From assembly GCA_022646745.1 (NCBI GenBank), contig CP060262.1:3000001-3032000 (forward strand): DNA of 32,000 nt, read 5' to 3'. The notes beneath the pieces were generated by a model. It was not told the DNA's origin. It did no database searches and worked only from the letters and a program-made list of their open reading frames with translations. The position numbers and the translations under genes were made by a program. Within the stretch, counting starts at the first letter, position 1. Each line of letters starts with the position of its first letter. Origin of the DNA: Planctomycetales bacterium. Lineage in GTDB: Bacteria; 4484-113; JAFGCY01. This document shows positions 17,634 through 22,553 of the stretch, one piece after another.

Positions 17634-18203
17634 TCAGTCGCCGGGGCTGAGCGGGCTGTCATCCATATCCAGCGGCGGGCCGAGGTCCCCGATGTCGTAG
17701 TCATCGATGTCGTTGGAACCGCCACCACCGCCGTAGCTGCCGCCACCACCACCGCCGCCGTAGCTTCCGCCACCGCCGCCACCGTAGCTGCCGCCGCCTC
17801 CGCCGCCGCCGTAGCTTCCGCCACCGCCACCGCCGCCGTAGCCACCACCGCCACCGCCACCCTCATCGTCACGGCGGCCAAGCAGCTGGAATGTACGGCA
17901 GATGATTTCGGTCTTGTAGTGCTTCACGCCCTGGGGGTCCACCCAGTCGCGGGTCTGCAGCCGGCCCTCAACGTAAAGCTGGCGACCCTTCTTGACGTAC
18001 TGGCCGGCGATCTCGGCCTGGCGGCCCCAGCAGACGATGTTGTGCCACTCGGTCTGCTCCTTGCGCTCTCCGCCGTCACGGCCGCCGAACACCTCGGAGG
18101 TCGCGATGCTGAAGTTGGCAACGGCAGTCCCGTTCTGCGTGTAGCGGACCTCCGGGTCGCGCCCGACATTGCCCAGCAGGATCACTTTGTTGACACCAGT
18201 CAT
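17634..18203 (-). CDS. ssb: single-stranded DNA-binding protein with Gly/Tyr/Ser-rich linker
   Basis: OB-fold N-terminus VNKVILLGNVGRDPEVRYTQNGTAVANFSIATSE...TEWHNIVCWGRQAEIAGQYVKKGRQLYVEGRLQTRDW, followed by a glycine-rich linker and an acidic tail. Confidence 0.92.
   Translation of the reverse strand: MTGVNKVILLGNVGRDPEVRYTQNGTAVANFSIATSEVFGGRDGGERKEQTEWHNIVCWGRQAEIAGQYVKKGRQLYVEGRLQTRDWVDPQGVKHYKTEIICRTFQLLGRRDDEGGGGGGGYGGGGGGGSYGGGGGGGSYGGGGGGSYGGGGGGGSYGGGGGSNDIDDYDIGDLGPPLDMDDSPLSPGD
17718..17861 (-). repeat. in-frame imperfect tandem repeat (24-27 nt units) encoding (G6-7 S Y)n in ssb
   Basis: The unit GCCGTAGCT plus GCC/ACC runs recurs four times on the plus strand. The translation is GGGGGGGYGGGGGGGSYGGGGGGGSYGGGGGGSYGGGGGGGSYGGGGG. 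Confidence 0.85.
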
Positions 18204-18289
18204 GCTTTGGCCTTCCTCTGCGTTTATACAAACAGGAGTGTAGCATAAATCCCGGCCACGGAAATGGCGACGTATCCTACAATCTCGGC

Positions 18290-19282
18290 GTGAGTACGCT
18301 CATCACGGGAATCGAAGGCCAGGACGGCGGGTACCTCGCTGAGCTGCTGCTGGAGCAGGGTGAACGGGTGATCGGCACCGTCAGGCCAGGCCTGGCACTG
18401 CCTGCTGAGACCCTGGCGCTTGAGTCCAACCGCAACTGTGAATTGACGAGCATCGACATGCTCAACCTGGCGGGACTGCGCACGATGCTGCGCAACACCC
18501 AACCCGACCGCATCGTGCACCTCGCCGCGGCATCACGACCGGCAATGTGCGAGGCTGACCCGATCGAGAGCCGCACGATAAACGTATCCAGTGCTGAAGT
18601 GATCCTCGACTGGGTGCATCGCGAGAAGCCGCAGTGCCGCGTGCTGCTGCTGAGCAGTTCCGCCATCTTCGGCGATCCGCTGACTGAGCCGCAGGATGAG
18701 GCAACCGAGCGCCGGCCGATCAATGAATACGGCAGGCAGAAGCTGGAGGTCTCAAAGCTGGCGAAGTCTGCGCGCGAACAGGGGATGTTCGTGTCCTGCG
18801 CCATCCCGTTCAACCATGAAAGCCCGCGCCGCAGCGAGGATTTCGTGTTCGCCAAGATCGTGAACAGTGCCGCCCGCATCAGCCTCGGACAGCAGGACAG
18901 GCTCGAGCTGGGCGCGCTCAATGCGCGCCGTGACTGGGGCTACGCACCGGAATTCGTGAAGGCCTTCGCCTGGATGCTGGAGGTCGAAAAACCGCTGGAG
19001 CTGGTGCTGGCCACCGGTGAGCTGCACAGCGTGCAGGAGCTGGTGGACAGCGTGTTCGACGAGCTGAAGCTGGACCGCACAAAGCACCTGCGCCACAGCG
19101 AGGACCTGCTGCGCCAGGGGGATCCGCGCGAACAGGTCGGCAATCCGGCCCGGGCCTGGACTGAACTGGGCTGGGAGCCCACGGTGAAGTTCAATGAGCT
19201 GTGGCGCCTGATGCTGGCGGATGCGCTTCAGCGCTGCAAAGACAATCCGGATGGACCGGAAGCCGAGTCTACTTCCACTTGA
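18290..19282 (+). CDS. gmd: GDP-mannose 4,6-dehydratase-like NAD(P)-dependent sugar dehydratase
   Basis: LITGIEGQDGGYLAELLLEQG Rossmann motif, YGRQK (Y...K) catalytic pair, and FNHESPRRSEDFVFAKI...LGALNARRDWGYAPEFV, which parallels the Gmd signature FNHESPRRGETFVTRKI...LGNLDAKRDWGHA. GTG start. Confidence 0.78.
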   Translation: MSTLITGIEGQDGGYLAELLLEQGERVIGTVRPGLALPAETLALESNRNCELTSIDMLNLAGLRTMLRNTQPDRIVHLAAASRPAMCEADPIESRTINVSSAEVILDWVHREKPQCRVLLLSSSAIFGDPLTEPQDEATERRPINEYGRQKLEVSKLAKSAREQGMFVSCAIPFNHESPRRSEDFVFAKIVNSAARISLGQQDRLELGALNARRDWGYAPEFVKAFAWMLEVEKPLELVLATGELHSVQELVDSVFDELKLDRTKHLRHSEDLLRQGDPREQVGNPARAWTELGWEPTVKFNELWRLMLADALQRCKDNPDGPEAESTST

Positions 19283-19799
19283 TGCTGCAGCCCATCGGCC
19301 CGGTGATGTCCGGGTCCGGGTGCCTGCCGGCCAGCACGGCCTCGATTGCATTCCTGAGGTCCGGGCTGTTCACCTTCGATGGGTCCTGCGGACTGTCGTC
19401 GATCCGTCCGATGTAGGCCAGCTTGCCTGCACCGTCGAACAGGAAGACGTGCGGCGTGCGCTCAGCACCGAATTCCCGGGCCACTGACTGGTCCTGATCG
19501 TGCAGATAGGGAAAGTTGTAGCCCATTTCAGTGGCTCGATGTTGCATATTCTCGAAGCTGTCCGCCGGGTGGCTTTCTGAATTGTTTGAGCAGATAGCGG
19601 CAAAACGGACACCCTTGCTCCCATATTCCCGCTGCATGTCGATCACGCGCTGCTGGTTGGGGATCACATAGGGGCAGTGGTTGCACCAGAACATCACCAC
19701 CGTGGCCTGCTCACCCCTGATCTGTTCAGTGCTGAGAGACTCGCCGGTGGTGGCCGGGAGACTGAATTGCGGTACATTCCCGCCAATCTGCAAAGACAT
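19269..19799 (-). CDS. thioredoxin-fold thiol-disulfide oxidoreductase (AhpC/TSA-redoxin-like, CxxC)
   Basis: ATG 19799 has a GGAGGT Shine-Dalgarno sequence 8 nt upstream and is preferred over the ORF-track start at 19868. VVMFWCNHCPYV is the CxxC motif. The C-terminal GCSIKWK is typical of this subfamily. No signal peptide. The 3' end overlaps the gmd-like gene by 14 nt (convergent). Confidence 0.85.
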   Translation of the reverse strand: MSLQIGGNVPQFSLPATTGESLSTEQIRGEQATVVMFWCNHCPYVIPNQQRVIDMQREYGSKGVRFAAICSNNSESHPADSFENMQHRATEMGYNFPYLHDQDQSVAREFGAERTPHVFLFDGAGKLAYIGRIDDSPQDPSKVNSPDLRNAIEAVLAGRHPDPDITGPMGCSIKWK

Positions 19800-19859
19800 G
19801 CTGTTTACCTCCGGTTCCATCATTAATGCTATATCTATCCACGACTTATCCCAAGAAAC

Positions 19860-19878
19860 TTGACACATCTGATATAAT
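19860..19878 (+). promoter_or_regulatory. candidate extended -10 promoter (TGaTATAAT) for the Cys-rich protein gene
   Basis: TG-a-TATAAT at 19870-19878. A perfect TTGACA at 19860-19865 is only 7 nt upstream, too close for a canonical -35 element. The site lies about 44 nt upstream of ATG 19922. Confidence 0.4.
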
Positions 19879-19921
19879 CTGCCGAGTCAAAACCTGTATG
19901 GTCCAAGTTAGAGGTAATGAG

Positions 19922-20410
19922 ATGCGTAAAGCGTTGATCATCCTGGTAATTGCCGCACTGCCGTTCCTGATGGCAGCCGATATGGAGATGGGTCGCACCC
20001 TTGAGCTCTGTGGCCTGGATATCCCCTGTGCCTGCGAGCTCACCTGTGTGTCCATCGACATCGACTGCTACTGCGTCTGTGAGTCCGGTGGTGGCAGCCA
20101 CGATCCGCTGATGATTTCCTTCATCGGCCATGACGGCAACGTGCTCGGCACCGCCGAGATCGCCGGCCCGTGGTGCGACCCCTGCGGCGGCTGCAACCAG
20201 TTCACCGGCCAGCTGGACAACCCGGTCATGCCCTGCGACATCGCTCGCGTGCGCATCACCAAGCCCGGCGACGATGACCTGTACATCTCCTGGATGCGCC
20301 TCAGCGCCGGCCAGTGGAACAACTGCTGCGGCGGCAAGTGGTACAAGCTGTGGAAGGACTGCCTGTATGCAGACCTGAACGGCGACTACGACGCCATCGA
20401 GCTTTACTAG
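19922..20410 (+). CDS. secreted cysteine-rich protein (14 Cys) with PLAT/LH2-like segment (tentative)
   Basis: ATG 19922 with a GAGG Shine-Dalgarno sequence upstream, preferred over the ORF-track start at 19826. Signal peptide MRKALIILVIAALPFLMAA. Cys cluster CGLDIPCACELTCVSIDIDCYCVC. The segments DPLMISFIGHDGNVLGT and ARVRITKPGDDDLYISWMRL follow a PLAT-like pattern. Confidence 0.75.
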   Translation: MRKALIILVIAALPFLMAADMEMGRTLELCGLDIPCACELTCVSIDIDCYCVCESGGGSHDPLMISFIGHDGNVLGTAEIAGPWCDPCGGCNQFTGQLDNPVMPCDIARVRITKPGDDDLYISWMRLSAGQWNNCCGGKWYKLWKDCLYADLNGDYDAIELY

Positions 20411-20455
20411 TCGGATGCCCGCGGATCGCTGATCCGCACAAATTCGAACTGATCG

Positions 20456-20487
20456 GCCGGTCCCTGAGGGGGCCGGCTTTTTTGTTT
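20456..20487 (+). terminator. rho-independent terminator after the Cys-rich protein gene
   Basis: A GC-rich interrupted hairpin (GCCGG-t-CCC tga GGG-gg-CCGGC) is followed by TTTTTTGTTT. A second perfect hairpin, GCGGATC-gct-GATCCGC, lies just upstream at 20421-20437. Confidence 0.65.
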
Positions 20488-20492
20488 CTCTC

Positions 20493-20894
20493 CTACACCT
20501 GCTGGACCACGCCAGGCGCCAGTTCGAGAGACTTACCATCCGCGAGCTTGGCCAGCTCCTCCTGCTCCCACTCGGGGAAGATCCAGTTGGGCAGGCCCTT
20601 CAGGCAGCGCAGCAGGGTCGAAAGCTCGCTGGACTTCTTCGCGGATTCGATGTGCTCGCTGAGGCGGTTGCGCAGCAGGGCTGCCAGGTCGGCCACGGTC
20701 AGGCGCATGGCCATGGCATGGCGGCGCTTTAGTTCACGCAGCTTGCGGGACTCATCCTTCAGGATTGCATGCGCTTCGACATCAGAGAAGCCGCAAGCCT
20801 TAAGCGTCGCCTGGTCCAGCTCCCCTGAACCGATAAGGCACCATAGCAGGGTGCGGATGCTGGGATCCTCATGCAGTTTTTCGCAAAGATACAT
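20493..20894 (-). CDS. hypothetical protein (predicted all-alpha, 133 aa)
   Basis: ATG 20894 is preceded by a GGGGAGAGGA Shine-Dalgarno-like sequence. GC content is host-like. No family recognised. Confidence 0.55.
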   Translation of the reverse strand: MYLCEKLHEDPSIRTLLWCLIGSGELDQATLKACGFSDVEAHAILKDESRKLRELKRRHAMAMRLTVADLAALLRNRLSEHIESAKKSSELSTLLRCLKGLPNWIFPEWEQEELAKLADGKSLELAPGVVQQV

Positions 20895-21017
20895 ATTGTC
20901 CTCTCCCCGGTGGGGCGCATAACGATACAGGTCTGCCCCACGGTTTACTACACAAAAATTACCATAATTCTGAATTCTATCAAGTCATATCATTGTTAAA
21001 GTATAAACAAGGCAAAA

Positions 21018-21043
21018 GGCAGGAGGCAGAAGCAGAAGCAGGA
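21018..21043. repeat. short purine-rich hexamer repeat (GCAGRA x4) in an AT-rich spacer
   Basis: GGCAGGAG GCAGAA GCAGAA GCAGGA, within the 270-bp divergent spacer between 20894 and 21165. Confidence 0.5.
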
Positions 21044-21164
21044 TTGATTGGAAGTGCGTACCCAGATTGGGTCAATGTGGTGATGGACAGACAGCCAACT
21101 AACAAACAAACCTCTGTAGGCTGTGAGGTGTCTAGCTAGCAACCCGGGTTAGAAGTAAAGCATA

Positions 21165-22457
21165 ATGAATCAAGTGGGACAGAGCCAGATGGGCACTTTG
21201 ATCAGGAAAACAATTGTGTCAATCCTGTTGGTATTGAGGGTGATTTTGCACACGGCTTTAGCTGAGGAATCCATTTTGCGTCAGCCCAAAGATACACCGG
21301 CTGGAATTGCCGAGAAGACCGTTGCCACTGAGGACGGCTTTGTTATCAGTTGTCAGCAAGGAAACAACTCCGGCTTCTGGTGGTTTAGCATCAGCGAGGA
21401 TGGGAGCGTAGTACTCCAGCAGGAAGAGGTTCTGCAGATCTGCTCAGCTGAGGGAATAACAGATTTGCCGGCTCCCGGTGAACGACGGATCATTCCCAGA
21501 CTGATAGGACGCTATCTGGTTTACTCCAGCAGTGAACTGTTGCTTGTGCATGACATGCAGGAGGACAGGCGAGCGCTGGCCTCGGCCTGTTTGCAGGATA
21601 TCAAAGGGCTCCTCAGCGTTGAACAGGACGGTATGTTGTGTGTTTTCACTGAATCTGGATTCATTAGCTTTGAAGTCAAGGACGGCAAACCCTGGCTGTC
21701 CTATTTCAGATATGAGGGGGACCACTCTAGTAAATTTTTACTTCTGCCGGAGACGCACCAGTTCTGCTTCCTCAATAATGACAATGAGCTGATTGTTGCG
21801 GACACGCGTGAGAAATTGGGGACCCTGCCCATGGAGGCGGGATATGGAGAGTATTCCCTGCCTGCATTTGAGCCTGCATCTCGCGTGCTTCCGGCAATCA
21901 GCTGGGATGGCAAGCCACATCCATACTGGTCATATCAACTGCTGGCACTGGATGGCAGGTTGTTAATGGTTGACAGCGAAGGACAATACGCAATTTGCAA
22001 TATGGACTTCAGCAAGGATGGGTTCAGACAGCTTGGTGCAGGCAGTCTTGAATGTGACAGCTACTTTGGCTATTTAGACAGCCATGAGGTATCACGTTCC
22101 ATTTCCGGCACACTGCTCCTGCATGATCTTTTGCTGAGCATTCGACATGGCACTGGTACTGATGGGGAGCAGCTTGATTGCAGCTTGATTGAGCTGCCTT
22201 TTGATTCAATCAGGCATGTCTGGAGCTGGGATGAACGCTTTGTAATATTGTCAAACAAGGGATCTGTCCTTGTTATGGATGCACCGGACTTTCTGCCGCG
22301 GCAACTGAATATGGACAGGCTGGACTACGTGCGAATTTCAGATTCACATGATCCCGTGGATTTCAATAATGGCTATCTCGCGTTTGTCCATGAGAATGAG
22401 TTGCGTGTTGTGGATCTACGTTGCTACATACCTAGTCAACAAGACACTTCCAGATGA
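21165..22457 (+). CDS. hypothetical exported/anchored protein encoded by a low-GC gene (possible beta-propeller)
   Basis: This is the only long ORF in a compositionally deviant segment. Hydrophobic N-terminus TLIRKTIVSILLVLRVILHTALA; an alternative start is ATG 21189. Strand-like hydrophobic blocks recur every 40-60 aa: LLLVHDM, MLCVFTESGFISFEV, ELIVADT, RLLMVDSEGQYAICN, FVILSNKGSVLVMD, ELRVVDL. No family recognised. Confidence 0.6.
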   Translation: MNQVGQSQMGTLIRKTIVSILLVLRVILHTALAEESILRQPKDTPAGIAEKTVATEDGFVISCQQGNNSGFWWFSISEDGSVVLQQEEVLQICSAEGITDLPAPGERRIIPRLIGRYLVYSSSELLLVHDMQEDRRALASACLQDIKGLLSVEQDGMLCVFTESGFISFEVKDGKPWLSYFRYEGDHSSKFLLLPETHQFCFLNNDNELIVADTREKLGTLPMEAGYGEYSLPAFEPASRVLPAISWDGKPHPYWSYQLLALDGRLLMVDSEGQYAICNMDFSKDGFRQLGAGSLECDSYFGYLDSHEVSRSISGTLLLHDLLLSIRHGTGTDGEQLDCSLIELPFDSIRHVWSWDERFVILSNKGSVLVMDAPDFLPRQLNMDRLDYVRISDSHDPVDFNNGYLAFVHENELRVVDLRCYIPSQQDTSR

Positions 22458-22553
22458 GCTCCTGTAACTGACAAATTGCGCACCAGCAATGGCCTGTCCT
22501 AGATCTGTCCTACATTTGCCTGACTTACATCAGGCCTCCGTGACTGGCCGGAA

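Noticed and set aside
17700-17870. Tandem repeats considered as a CRISPR or minisatellite locus
   Set aside because: The repeats are in frame inside ssb and encode the Gly-rich linker. There are no unique spacers and no cas genes.
19800-19868. Longer N-termini for the thioredoxin-like gene (start 19868) and for the Cys-rich gene (start 19826)
   Set aside because: Internal ATGs at 19799 and 19922 are preceded by GGAGG/GAGG Shine-Dalgarno sequences. The longer versions would run through each other's promoter region and add non-signal sequence in front of the signal peptide.
19860-19878. Perfect TTGACA plus perfect TATAAT read as a canonical sigma70 promoter
   Set aside because: The hexamers are only 7 nt apart, which is incompatible with 16-19 nt spacing. 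I kept only the extended -10 interpretation (TGaTATAAT), at modest confidence.
20895-21164. tRNA, small RNA gene or integrase attachment site in the AT-rich spacer at the island boundary
   Set aside because: I could not fold a cloverleaf or find T-loop-like GTTCRANYC sequence. Only a short purine hexamer repeat is present. A tRNAscan/Infernal run would be needed for certainty.
22494-22512. Direct repeat CTGTCCTA-gat-CTGTCCTA at the right edge of the low-GC island, considered as a possible att or target-site duplication
   Set aside because: The two copies are adjacent to each other rather than flanking the island, they are only 8 bp long, and I found no matching copy at the left boundary.
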